Shown piece by piece: positions 18,539 through 28,264 of a DNA stretch of 64,000 bases. Positions within the stretch are counted from its first letter, which is position 1, and every line of letters starts with the position of its first letter. Source of the DNA: Campylobacteraceae bacterium (lineage in GTDB: Bacteria > Campylobacterota > Campylobacteria > Campylobacterales > Sulfurovaceae). The notes below the pieces were generated by a model, which was given only the letters and a program-made list of their open reading frames with translations, had not been told where the DNA came from and ran no database searches. The DNA is taken from assembly GCA_027065385.1 (NCBI GenBank), contig JAMOOP010000172.1, positions 1,714 to 65,713 on the forward strand. The letters run 5' to 3'. A program made the position numbers and the translations under genes.

Positions 18539-19189
18539 ATGTTAACAAACTATAAAAAAAGTTCTCTTTTACTTATACTTATAATATTTATTATTGGTTG
18601 TAGTGATAAAGATGCAGTTAAAGAGTACGATAAACCTGCTCTATATTGGTATAAAAATATTATAAAAAGCATCTCATCTTCCAATTTAGATAAAGCAGAT
18701 AACTACTATATATCTTTAAAAAGTGAACATACAAGGTCACCACTACTTCCAACTGCAACTATGATATTAGCAAAAGCTCACATGGCAGATAAAAGCTACC
18801 TTATGGCTGATTATTATCTTGATGAGTATATTAAAAAGTATGCTTCTGGTAAAACTGTAGAGTTGGCAAAATTTTTAAAAATAAAAGCAGCTTTTTTAGG
18901 TGTTAAAGATATTAATAAAGACCAAAAACTAATGATAGATACTTTAAAAGATGTAGATAAATTTACTAAAAACTATCCAAACTCAATATATAAACCAATA
19001 GTAGATACTCTAAAGGTTCGTTTATATATGGCTGAATACCTTTTAAATGATAATATATCAAGACTATATCACCGTATAGGTAAAGAGAAAGCATCTAAGA
19101 TTTATAGAGAAAAAAACAGAAAATCTGTACTAAATAGTGCAGATATAAAAGCTCCTAAGCAGAGTTTTTTAGACAAAATTTTTAACTAA
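18539..19189 (+). CDS. bamD: Outer membrane assembly lipoprotein BamD
   Basis: Lipobox IIG-C, TPR-like AD..Y..L..EH..SPL and YP.S.Y. The bamD-lon order is typical of Campylobacterota. Confidence 0.85.
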   Translation: MLTNYKKSSLLLILIIFIIGCSDKDAVKEYDKPALYWYKNIIKSISSSNLDKADNYYISLKSEHTRSPLLPTATMILAKAHMADKSYLMADYYLDEYIKKYASGKTVELAKFLKIKAAFLGVKDINKDQKLMIDTLKDVDKFTKNYPNSIYKPIVDTLKVRLYMAEYLLNDNISRLYHRIGKEKASKIYREKNRKSVLNSADIKAPKQSFLDKIFN

Positions 19190-19202
19190 AGGATAGCGAT
19201 TA

Positions 19203-21584
19203 ATGCAACTTAGTAATTATGAACCATTCCCTACACAACTGCCTATTATTATTGAGGATAATCTATTTTTATACCCATTTATGATAAGCCCTCTATTTTT
19301 AACTAAAAAAGAGGATATAGATGCAGCAACTTATGCAATGGAAAAAAACTCACTTATTTTTCTAACCACAACTAAAGATGGTTTTGAGGGGTCAAGAGAG
19401 CTAGAAGATATTAATGCTATTGGTGTAATAGGCTCTATTATGCGAAAAGTACATATTCCAGATGGAAGAGTAAAAATTCTTTTTCAAGGTTTAGCAAAAG
19501 GTGAAATAGGTTCTGCTATAGAAGATATAGAGATAGAAGATGAGTTATTTCAAAGTGCTACTATTAACTTAATAGAAAATGAGTTTTATGAAGAGTTAAA
19601 GGTTACAGCACTTGTTGGAGTTTTAAATGAAAAACTACAACAACTATCAAAAATTCAAAACCATATACCATCAGATTTACTAAAAACAATATCAGAAACA
19701 GATGAGCCTTATAGAATAGCCGATTTAGTAGCCTCACTTTTAAAAATATCTAAAACAGAGTCTTATGAGATATATAAAGAGCAAAATATCGAAAAACGGC
19801 TTATGCAACTTATTGATATAATAGTAAGTGAAATAGAGTCAGCAAGAGTAGAAAAAGAGATAAGAAGTAAAGTTCATACTAAAATAGAGCAAACAAATAA
19901 AGAGTACTTTTTAAAAGAGCAAATAAAAGAGATAAATAGAGAATTAGGAGAAGATAACCAAAGAGAAGAGGAGATAGCTGAGTTTAGAGAAAAACTTAAT
20001 GCTATGAAAGATAATATTGAAGAAGATGCTTATAAAGAGATAAATAAACAATTAGATAGATTTGCTAGAATGCACCCAGATAGTGGAGATGCTCAACAGA
20101 TACACACCTATTTAGAGTGGGTTTTTGAACTCCCTTTTGGAAAATTAGCTAGTAAGTCTCTAAAAGTATCTGATGTTCAAAGAGAGTTAGATAATGACCA
20201 CTTCTCATTAGTTAAACCAAAAGAGAGAATTATAGAGTTTTTTTCAGTTAGAGAGTTAGCAAATTTAAGAGGCATATCTTTAGATAAAAACTCAGGAGCA
20301 ATTTTATGTTTTTGGGGGCCTCCAGGTGTTGGAAAGACCTCTTTAGCAAACTCTATCGCTAACTCTTTAAGTCGCCCACTTGTAAGAATAGCTTTAGGTG
20401 GATTAGAAGATGTAAATGAATTAAGAGGTCATAGAAGAACTTATGTAGGAGCAATGCCAGGTAGAGTAGTTCAAGGATTAATTGATGCAAAAAGTATGAA
20501 CCCTGTAATTGTACTAGATGAGGTTGATAAAGTAGGAAGAAATCATAGAGGTGACCCAACTTCTGCTCTTTTAGAAATATTAGACCCTGAACAAAATAAA
20601 GAGTATAGAGACTACTATTTAAACTTTAATATGGATTTAAGTAAAGCCATATTTATAGCAACAGCCAATGATTTAAGTACAATTCCAGCACCTCTTAGAG
20701 ATAGAATGGAGTTTATAGAGGTTAGTTCATACACACCAGAAGAGAAATTAGAGATTGCTAAAGGGTATCTTATTCCTCAAGAGTTAAAAAAACATGCTCT
20801 TAAAAAGATAGAGTTTGAGATAACTGATAATGCTTTAAGAGTATTGATTGATGAATATACAAGAGAACCAGGTGTTAGAGGATTAAGAAGAAAAATAGCA
20901 GGTCTTATGAGAAAGGTAGCTACTGCTCTACTTAAAGATAGCTCTATAGAAAAAATAACTATAGGAATTGATGAACTTCCATTATATGCTGATAAAAAAG
21001 TATTTGAAGTATCTAAAATAGATAAAAAGCCATTAGTTGGAGTAGTTAACGGTTTAGCTTGGACATCTGTTGGTGGAGATATGTTAAAAATAGAAGCCAT
21101 AAAGATAAAGGGAAAAGGTGCAGTAAAACTTACAGGAAGTTTAGGCGATGTAATGAAAGAGTCAGCACATATTGCCTTTTCTGTAGTTAAAATTTTAATA
21201 GATAATAAAAAATTAGCTGTAGAAGAGAGTAAGATATATAAACATTACGACCTACATATACATGTACCAGAGGGAGCAACTCCAAAAGATGGACCTAGTG
21301 CTGGTATTACTATGGCTGTGGCTATTGCCTCTATTTTATCAGAAAAAAAGGTAGATAACCAAGTAGCAATGACAGGAGAGCTTACTTTAGTAGGAAAAGT
21401 TCTACCTATTGGGGGACTTAAAGAGAAACTAATAGCTGGATATAAAGCAGGAGTTACAAAAGTATTAATTCCTGAAAAAAATTATGAAAGAGATTTAGAG
21501 GATATTCCAAAAGAGGTTCAAAATGCCATTAAAATAGTTCCTGTTAGCTCTATTAATGAGGTTTTAAAAGAGGTGCTTCTATAA
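19203..21584 (+). CDS. lon: ATP-dependent Lon protease
   Basis: GPPGVGKTS Walker A, RGHRRTYVGAMPG, and PKDGPSAG with the catalytic Ser. Confidence 0.98.
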   Translation: MQLSNYEPFPTQLPIIIEDNLFLYPFMISPLFLTKKEDIDAATYAMEKNSLIFLTTTKDGFEGSRELEDINAIGVIGSIMRKVHIPDGRVKILFQGLAKGEIGSAIEDIEIEDELFQSATINLIENEFYEELKVTALVGVLNEKLQQLSKIQNHIPSDLLKTISETDEPYRIADLVASLLKISKTESYEIYKEQNIEKRLMQLIDIIVSEIESARVEKEIRSKVHTKIEQTNKEYFLKEQIKEINRELGEDNQREEEIAEFREKLNAMKDNIEEDAYKEINKQLDRFARMHPDSGDAQQIHTYLEWVFELPFGKLASKSLKVSDVQRELDNDHFSLVKPKERIIEFFSVRELANLRGISLDKNSGAILCFWGPPGVGKTSLANSIANSLSRPLVRIALGGLEDVNELRGHRRTYVGAMPGRVVQGLIDAKSMNPVIVLDEVDKVGRNHRGDPTSALLEILDPEQNKEYRDYYLNFNMDLSKAIFIATANDLSTIPAPLRDRMEFIEVSSYTPEEKLEIAKGYLIPQELKKHALKKIEFEITDNALRVLIDEYTREPGVRGLRRKIAGLMRKVATALLKDSSIEKITIGIDELPLYADKKVFEVSKIDKKPLVGVVNGLAWTSVGGDMLKIEAIKIKGKGAVKLTGSLGDVMKESAHIAFSVVKILIDNKKLAVEESKIYKHYDLHIHVPEGATPKDGPSAGITMAVAIASILSEKKVDNQVAMTGELTLVGKVLPIGGLKEKLIAGYKAGVTKVLIPEKNYERDLEDIPKEVQNAIKIVPVSSINEVLKEVLL

Positions 21585-21604
21585 CTTTATCTATTTTTTA
21601 AGTA

Positions 21605-21630
21605 AATATGTACTAATATATGTACATATT
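21605..21630 (+). promoter_or_regulatory. YefM-YoeB autoregulatory operator
   Basis: AATATGTAC-N8-GTACATATT inverted repeat. TGTACT (21609) and TGTACA (21621) cores are 12 bp apart, matching the known yefM operator geometry. Confidence 0.75.
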
Positions 21631-21644
21631 TAAAAGGATAATTT

Positions 21645-21899
21645 ATGCAAACATTTAATTTTTCTTATACAAGACAAAATTTAGCCTCTACATTTGATTT
21701 TGTGGTCGATAATGCTATGCCTGTTACTATTACACGGCAAAATAAAGAGCCTGTAGTTATTATCTCTATGAAAGATTATAGAGCAATGGAAGAGACTATC
21801 TATTTAATGCAAAGCCAAGCCAATGCCAATAGATTAAACCGTGCTATAAATCAATTAGAGAGTGGTTTAGGTAAACCACGAAAGCTTATAGAGGAATGA
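21645..21899 (+). CDS. yefM: Type II antitoxin YefM (Phd family)
   Basis: FSYTRQNLA, PVTITRQNKEPVVIISMKDYRAMEETIYL...ANANRL. Confidence 0.95.
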   Translation: MQTFNFSYTRQNLASTFDFVVDNAMPVTITRQNKEPVVIISMKDYRAMEETIYLMQSQANANRLNRAINQLESGLGKPRKLIEE

Positions 21900-22153
21900 T
21901 TTTAAGTTTTGCAGATGATGCGTGGGAAGATTATCTCTATTGGCAACAACAAGATAAAAAGATTTTAAAAAAAATAAATAGACTAATTAAAGAGATTGAA
22001 AGAAATCCATTTGAGGGGATTGGAGAGCCTGAACCTCTTAAATATAATTGGGCAGGTTATTGGTCAAGACGCATTACTATTGAACATAGACTTGTTTATA
22101 AGGTGTTAGATAAACAGATTTTAATTGCTCAATGTCGGTATCATTATAGATAA
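21896..22153 (+). CDS. yoeB: Type II toxin YoeB (Txe family)
   Basis: AWEDYLYWQQQDKK, PFEGIGEPEPLK, WSRRIT.EHRLVY, CRYHY. ATGA overlap with yefM. Confidence 0.97.
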   Translation: MILSFADDAWEDYLYWQQQDKKILKKINRLIKEIERNPFEGIGEPEPLKYNWAGYWSRRITIEHRLVYKVLDKQILIAQCRYHYR

Positions 22154-22160
22154 TATCTTA

Positions 22161-22985
22161 ATGAAAAAGCAGATATTTATAGCTACATTACTTTACACTC
22201 TATCTACTACTACTATTTTAGGATTACTTTTTACTCTTTTTAATGGTAGTTCATTTATAGTAGCTACTCTATCTATTATCTTTCTATCTCTTATTTTTGG
22301 TTATATATTAAATAGTTATATATTAAGCCAAAAGTTTAATAGTGATGAAAATCTACTACACATAACAAAAGAGATACTACATGAACTAAATATCCCAATC
22401 TCAACAATAAAAGCAAACACTCTTTTATTAAAAAAATCTCTAAAAGAGAATGATAAATCTTTAAAAAGATTAAATCGTATAGATAACTCTACAAAAAGAT
22501 TAGAGAGACTATATAGTGAGTTAGTCTATAGCATTAAAAAAGAGATACAGATTATAGAAAAAGAGGAGTTTGAACTTATAGATTTAATAGAAGATAGAGT
22601 AAATGAGTTTAAATATCTAAATAGAAACCCATTTATATTAGATTTAGAACCACTTATAATTAAAGCAGATAAAATAGGATTTGAAAAGATGTTAGATAAT
22701 ATAATATCAAACGCTATGAAATACTCCAATAAAGATAAGCCAATCAGAATAACTCTTAAAAATAGTACTTTAACTATTGAAGATAGAGGCATAGGAATAG
22801 ATGAGACGGAACTAATTAAAATATATGAGAGATATTATCAATCAAATAGTAATATAAAAGGTAGTGGAATAGGACTTGCTTTAGTAAAAGCCTATTGCGA
22901 TAATGAAAAGATACAGATAAGAATTAGCTCCCAAAAAAATTTAGGAACTAAGGTTAGTTTTGATTTAATAAGAGTTTTAAATTAG
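22161..22985 (+). CDS. Orphan sensor histidine kinase (two TM helices, HisKA, HATPase)
   Basis: ILHELNIPISTI H-box, NIISNAMKYS, IEDRGIGI, GSGIGLALV. Start placed at the ATG at 22161. Confidence 0.9.
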   Translation: MKKQIFIATLLYTLSTTTILGLLFTLFNGSSFIVATLSIIFLSLIFGYILNSYILSQKFNSDENLLHITKEILHELNIPISTIKANTLLLKKSLKENDKSLKRLNRIDNSTKRLERLYSELVYSIKKEIQIIEKEEFELIDLIEDRVNEFKYLNRNPFILDLEPLIIKADKIGFEKMLDNIISNAMKYSNKDKPIRITLKNSTLTIEDRGIGIDETELIKIYERYYQSNSNIKGSGIGLALVKAYCDNEKIQIRISSQKNLGTKVSFDLIRVLN

Positions 22986-23887
22986 ATATATTTTCTATCT
23001 ATTTCACAATCATCAAATTTTGTAAGTCTATTTTTAATAATAAATCTTTTAAGCTTTCTAGTATATTTACCTTTAAGCTCACAGTAGTTTACTAAGTATT
23101 TAACTAATTGAAGTGGGTCATCTGTAATATTTCTATGTTTTCTAAAGCTTTTATATGCTCCTCTACCAATAGTTACAAAATAGTCATCAATAGCATCACT
23201 AAGAGATTTATATTTTTTTACATAGATAGATTTTCCGTTTCTCTTCTCTTTTGCTCTAATTCTTGGTTCATTTTTATTATATGACCACATACCAAAGATA
23301 TTGTTTCCTTGTTTAAAAAATCTTGACTCTCCCCATGCTGACTCAATCGCAGCTTGAGCTAATACAATACTAACAGGGTGGGTTTTCATTCTGATAAGAA
23401 GCTCTTTATTGTCGGTAGTTTTGAATTTTTTATACATTTTATCGAGGAAAGCTAAATCTTTAGCTGAAGGGTTTGGGTTATCTATAATATTTTTTGCCCT
23501 TGTCCTCAGAACTTTAAACTTCTGTTTACTAATTAATATGGCTGGAAGTATCATGTGAAAGAATGTCTCTTTCTTTTTTGAAACTTGTAACTTATTTAAA
23601 GAGATAGTGTTTGTATAATTAATAGGTTTAATCTCTTTGTCTTTAAAAATAGTAATATCTTTTGTTGAACGAATTTTTTTATTTACAGGTTTTGCAAATT
23701 TATTACAAGACTCCTTCTTCTCCTCATGTAAAATTACATCTTTTACCTCTGAACCATTTAGTATCATTCCTTTTAGTGTCGCCCCTTCACTATACTCATC
23801 TACAGAGTTTTCGATATAGAAATATCCACCTTCTGTAGAGAATGAACTAACGGTAATGGTAATAAATATTAAAAAATATTTAATCAT
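22982..23887 (-). CDS. Glucosaminidase-domain (GH73, Bax-like) secreted protein
   Basis: Signal peptide; KKETFF..ILP and P.SIVLAQAAIESAWGESRF...GNNIFG. Confidence 0.88.
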   Translation of the reverse strand: MIKYFLIFITITVSSFSTEGGYFYIENSVDEYSEGATLKGMILNGSEVKDVILHEEKKESCNKFAKPVNKKIRSTKDITIFKDKEIKPINYTNTISLNKLQVSKKKETFFHMILPAILISKQKFKVLRTRAKNIIDNPNPSAKDLAFLDKMYKKFKTTDNKELLIRMKTHPVSIVLAQAAIESAWGESRFFKQGNNIFGMWSYNKNEPRIRAKEKRNGKSIYVKKYKSLSDAIDDYFVTIGRGAYKSFRKHRNITDDPLQLVKYLVNYCELKGKYTRKLKRFIIKNRLTKFDDCEIDRKYI

Positions 23888-24216
23888 GTTATAACGCCTT
23901 TTTTGAAAAAATTTTAAAATTATATCTTGCCAACCTTAAAGAAAAGAATTTTTTTTGAAATTACACAAAAATTACACAAAAATCAAAATAAATTAATTTA
24001 TTTTTTTAAACTTAATTAAAGTCCAAAATATAAAGCTTTGGAGAAGTTTTTTTAAATTATATTTATATATATTCTATTATGTAAGTAAAATAATTTTTTT
24101 AGTATCTTTTAGTTTATAATTACTATAATTAAATTATAATTTGCCTAATAGTAATTAGCTTTTATAGTTTTTTTGCTATACTTACGAGCATAAATTTAAA
24201 CAATTAGGAGAGTGTC

Positions 24217-24450
24217 ATGGCACTATTTGATGATGTAAAAGAGGTAGTTGTAGAACAACTAAATGTTAATCCAGATGAAGTAAAAGAAGAGTCTAAGTTC
24301 GTTGAAGACCTTGGAGCTGATAGTCTTGATGTAGTTGAATTAGTAATGGCACTTGAAGAAAAATTTGATATTGAAATTCCTGATGAAGATGCAGAAAAAA
24401 TTACTAATGTAAGTGACGCTATCAAATTTATAGAAAATATTCAAGCATAA
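24217..24450 (+). CDS. acpP: Acyl carrier protein
   Basis: [20 protein letters not shown]. Confidence 0.98.
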   Translation: MALFDDVKEVVVEQLNVNPDEVKEESKFVEDLGADSLDVVELVMALEEKFDIEIPDEDAEKITNVSDAIKFIENIQA

Positions 24451-24457
24451 TAAAGTT

Positions 24458-24483
24458 TAGGTTAGGTTTTTATACTTAGCCTA
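24458..24483 (+). terminator. Hairpin after acpP (stabiliser or partial terminator)
   Basis: TAGGTTAGGT / ACTTAGCCTA stem with G-U pairs. Confidence 0.5.
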
Positions 24484-24555
24484 CTTAAAATATATATTAA
24501 AATTTATCATTGATTAGTTTTAATATATATCTTATAATCCAAAACAGGAGATAGA

Positions 24556-25773
24556 GTGAAAAGAGTAGTAGTTACTGGCTTAGGAATGATTAATAGCGTT
24601 GGACAAGACAAAGAGACATCATTTTCTGCCATTTTAGATGGGAAATGTGGTATTAAGGAGATTAAACTTTTTGATATTGAAAAATTTTCTGTAAAGATTG
24701 CAGGAGAGATTACAGATTTTGACCCAAGTGAAGTAATGGATGCTAAAGAGGTAAAAAAGGCTGATAGATTTATTCAATTAGGTATAAAAGCTGCAAATGA
24801 AGCCATGGAAGACGCTAATTTTAGTGATAATATAGATAAAGAGAGATTTGGTATCTCTTCAGCTTCTGGTATTGGTGGTCTGCCTAATATAGAAAAAAAC
24901 TCTATTATATGTAATACAAGAGGTCCAAGAAGAATATCTCCATTTTTTATCCCTTCATCTTTAGTTAATATGTTAGGTGGATTTATCTCTATAGACCATG
25001 GATTAAAAGGTCCTAATCTATCTTCTGTAACAGCCTGTGCAGCAGGAACTCATGCTATTGCAGAGGCTACTAAAACAATTATGTTAGGTGGAGCAGATAG
25101 AATGTTAGTAGTTGGTGCTGAATCTGCTATTTGTGGAGCTGGTATTGGTGGATTTGCATCGATGAAAGCATTAAGTACTAATAATGACAATCCACAAGAG
25201 GCATCTCGCCCATTTGATAAAGATAGAAATGGATTTATTATGGGTGAAGGTGCTGGTGCATTAGTTTTAGAAGAGTATGAGAGTGCTAAAGCTAGAGGTG
25301 CTAGAATTTATGCTGAAGTTATTGGATTTGGAGAGAGTGGTGATGCTAATCACATTACAACTCCTGTAATGGACGGCCCACTTCGTGCAATTAAATCGGC
25401 TATGAAAATGGCAGGTGATATAAAAATTGACTATATTAATGCACATGGAACTTCTACTCCTGCTAATGATAAAAATGAGACTTCAGCTATTAAAGAGGCA
25501 TTTGGTGGAAAAGAGAACTGTCCTCCAGTTAGCTCTATTAAAGGTCAAATTGGACACTGTTTAGGTGCAGCTGGAGCTATTGAGGCTATTGTCTCTATTA
25601 TGGCAATGCGTGATGGAAAACTACCACCAACTATTAACTATACAACTCCTGATGAGAATTGTGATTTGGATTATGTTCCAAACAAAGCAAGAGATGCAGA
25701 GCTTAATGTTGTAATGAGTAACTCGTTTGGTTTTGGTGGAACAAACGGGGTTGTTATTTTTAAAAAAATATAA
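24556..25773 (+). CDS. fabF: Beta-ketoacyl-ACP synthase II
   Basis: RVVVTGLG, TACAAG, YINAHGTST, GHCLGAAG, SNSFGFGGTN. Confidence 0.97.
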   Translation: MKRVVVTGLGMINSVGQDKETSFSAILDGKCGIKEIKLFDIEKFSVKIAGEITDFDPSEVMDAKEVKKADRFIQLGIKAANEAMEDANFSDNIDKERFGISSASGIGGLPNIEKNSIICNTRGPRRISPFFIPSSLVNMLGGFISIDHGLKGPNLSSVTACAAGTHAIAEATKTIMLGGADRMLVVGAESAICGAGIGGFASMKALSTNNDNPQEASRPFDKDRNGFIMGEGAGALVLEEYESAKARGARIYAEVIGFGESGDANHITTPVMDGPLRAIKSAMKMAGDIKIDYINAHGTSTPANDKNETSAIKEAFGGKENCPPVSSIKGQIGHCLGAAGAIEAIVSIMAMRDGKLPPTINYTTPDENCDLDYVPNKARDAELNVVMSNSFGFGGTNGVVIFKKI

Positions 25774-25782
25774 GGTCGTTAT

Positions 25783-26721
25783 ATGGCAACATACCTAGAG
25801 TTTGAAAAAAAGATTGAGCAGATACAACAAGATATTGACTCTGCTCGTGCAAGAGATGATAAGTTTGCGTTAGAGTCTTTTCAAAAAGATTTAGATAAAG
25901 AGATAACAAAAACATTTAAATCTCTAAGTGATTATCAAAAATTACAGTTAGCAAGACACCCTGACCGTCCTTATGCACTAGACTATATTCGTCTTATATT
26001 AGATGATGCTTATGAGATACATGGAGATAGAGCTTTCCGTGATGACCCTGCAATTTTATGTTATATGGGTTATATTGATGGTCAAAAAACCATGATTATT
26101 GGTGAACAAAAAGGGAGAGGAACAAAACATAAACTAAAAAGAAACTTTGGTATGCCAAATCCTGAAGGGTATAGAAAAGCCCTAAGAGCTGTAAGACTTG
26201 CTGAAAAGTTTAATATTCCTGTACTATTTCTAATAGACACTCCAGGTGCATATCCAGGTCTTGGAGCAGAAGAGAGAGGTCAAAGTGAAGCTATTGCTAA
26301 AAACCTTTTTGAGTTTACAAATATTAAAGTTCCTATGATTTCTATTGTAATAGGTGAAGGTGGAAGTGGTGGAGCTTTGGCTATAGGTGTCTCTGATAAA
26401 TTAGCTATGATGCGTTACTCTGTTTTTGCTGTTATCTCACCAGAGGGGTGTGCAGCGATTTTGTGGAATGACCCTAAAAAGGTTGAACAGGCATCAAATG
26501 CACTAAAGATTACACCAGATGATTTATTGGCTCACGGTTTAATAGATGATGTATTAGATGAACCACTAATTGGAGCGCATAGAGATAAAAAGAGGTCAGC
26601 AGAGGTCGTTAAAAAGTATTTCTTAAAAAATGTAAAAGAGTTAAAAAAGCTATCAGTGGAAGAGATGTTAAATAGAAGATATGAACATTTAACTTCTGTT
26701 GGTGCATTTTCAGAAGAGTAG
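25783..26721 (+). CDS. accA: Acetyl-CoA carboxylase carboxyltransferase alpha subunit
   Basis: [39 protein letters not shown]. Confidence 0.98.
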   Translation: MATYLEFEKKIEQIQQDIDSARARDDKFALESFQKDLDKEITKTFKSLSDYQKLQLARHPDRPYALDYIRLILDDAYEIHGDRAFRDDPAILCYMGYIDGQKTMIIGEQKGRGTKHKLKRNFGMPNPEGYRKALRAVRLAEKFNIPVLFLIDTPGAYPGLGAEERGQSEAIAKNLFEFTNIKVPMISIVIGEGGSGGALAIGVSDKLAMMRYSVFAVISPEGCAAILWNDPKKVEQASNALKITPDDLLAHGLIDDVLDEPLIGAHRDKKRSAEVVKKYFLKNVKELKKLSVEEMLNRRYEHLTSVGAFSEE

Positions 26722-26722
26722 G

Positions 26723-26744
26723 AAATAGGCAATTTTGCCTATTT
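26723..26744. terminator. Bidirectional hairpin between convergent accA and yihY
   Basis: AAATAGGCAA-TT-TTGCCTATTT inverted repeat. Confidence 0.65.
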
Positions 26745-27575
26745 AATCTCTTTAATCTCCTCATCTCTATCTAAAATATAACAAAACTTTAATCCATGTA
26801 AAAATATAGCCCAAGAGATATATATCCATAAAAAGAAAAATAGTAAAATACTTAAACTTCCATAGATACTTAAATATGTCTTATTATGAAGTACATAAAA
26901 TATAAATCCAATTTTAGCTAAATACCAAGCAAAAGAAGCTATAAATGAACTAATTACACTAGCTCTGTTTGAGACATTTGTATTTGCTGATATTTTATAT
27001 GTTAAGAAAAATATAGACCATATAATAATAAATGGTAAAATAGTTATAACCTCAACTCCTGCTGTTACCTCATTTTCATTTAGAAGATTTTGCATTTGGG
27101 TAGATAGATAAAATGATAATACAAGCATTATAGGAGTAAGAGTTACAAGAGTCCAATATACAGAAACAGAAGCCCAAAAGGTTCTTCTTGGTGTTTGGAA
27201 AATATCATTTACAATATAGTCATAGTTTTTAAAAAACATCATAGAGGCAAATAGTACATATATAACTCCAACCATTCCCAATTTTGCAGAGTTAGCTACA
27301 AAACTATTAATATAGGTTAATATCTCTTTTGAGTTTGTAGGCATAAGATTTTCAAAAAGTAGATTTTGAATATTTCTATAAATATCATCAAATATAGGCA
27401 GGTGAGTAAGTATTGATAAGATTATAACTAAAAGTGGAATAATAGAAAAGAGAGTATAGAAACTTAAACTTGCAGAATAATATCCCAGTTTATCATCAAA
27501 AAGTGATTTAATAAAATCACGAATAAAGATATAGTAGTCTTTTAAAACTGTTTTAGGTTCAATTTCTCTTTTAAT
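26739..27575 (-). CDS. YihY / virulence factor BrkB family inner membrane protein, apparently starting at ATT
   Basis: The frame is open 77 codons upstream of the track's ATG and encodes the conserved YSASLSFYTLFSIIPLL. C-terminal YGSLS...FFLWIYISW is also present. SD AGGAG lies 6 nt before ATT at 27575. Confidence 0.85.
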   Translation of the reverse strand: MKREIEPKTVLKDYYIFIRDFIKSLFDDKLGYYSASLSFYTLFSIIPLLVIILSILTHLPIFDDIYRNIQNLLFENLMPTNSKEILTYINSFVANSAKLGMVGVIYVLFASMMFFKNYDYIVNDIFQTPRRTFWASVSVYWTLVTLTPIMLVLSFYLSTQMQNLLNENEVTAGVEVITILPFIIIWSIFFLTYKISANTNVSNRASVISSFIASFAWYLAKIGFIFYVLHNKTYLSIYGSLSILLFFFLWIYISWAIFLHGLKFCYILDRDEEIKEIK

Positions 27576-27653
27576 CTCTCTCTCCTACTTATAAATTAGT
27601 TTTAATATTCTATTATAATTAGAAATAAGAGTTGATTAAATTTTTAAATATTA

Positions 27654-28256
27654 TTATCTATCTAACTCGTCCATAATAAAATCGGCTATTTTTAATGCTA
27701 TTAAATCTAATCTTGGCTCTAACCACTCTACCTGTTTATTACAACTTATCTCACCTAGTTCCAAGACTAAAAACCCTTTTTCACTATTTACTCTATTAAA
27801 TCCATAATACTCTGCTAGATTTTTAGTAAAGTTATCCTTATGCCATTTAAAAGGAAAATATCCTCTATAGATGCTTTTCCATCTAAGAGCTGTTCTTCTT
27901 GCTTTTGGGTGATTTTTATCATATCCTATAGATGCACCAGTTGAGCATGGTTTTGCCGAACCATCAAAATGTATAGCTACTGCTAATCTTGTATTTGCTA
28001 TTGGAATATCAGCCCCAACTCTAGTTACATCTATATGGTTTCTTTTTAGCTCTTTTTCTACCTCTTTAGCTACAAGAACATTCCAATCAACCTCTCTATA
28101 TTTACCATTCACTGAACCAGTATTCCCAAAAGTACGACCTGCATGTCCTGCTTGAATTAATACTGTGGTGTTTATTGGTCTATTATTGAATATACTGATA
28201 ATTAATGCAAGAAACAGTCCCCCAATTAAAAGACCAAATAGTTGTCTTATTGTCAT
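27654..28256 (-). CDS. N-acetylmuramoyl-L-alanine amidase (Amidase_3)
   Basis: IQAGH, E..WN, AIHFD and LELGEIS motifs (Zn ligands and catalytic Glu); N-terminal membrane anchor. Confidence 0.8.
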   Translation of the reverse strand: MTIRQLFGLLIGGLFLALIISIFNNRPINTTVLIQAGHAGRTFGNTGSVNGKYREVDWNVLVAKEVEKELKRNHIDVTRVGADIPIANTRLAVAIHFDGSAKPCSTGASIGYDKNHPKARRTALRWKSIYRGYFPFKWHKDNFTKNLAEYYGFNRVNSEKGFLVLELGEISCNKQVEWLEPRLDLIALKIADFIMDELDR

Positions 28257-28264
28257 ATCTCCCC

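Noticed and set aside
24204-24425. 73-aa minus-strand ORF
   Set aside because: Antisense shadow of acpP, Ser-rich as expected for the reverse frame.
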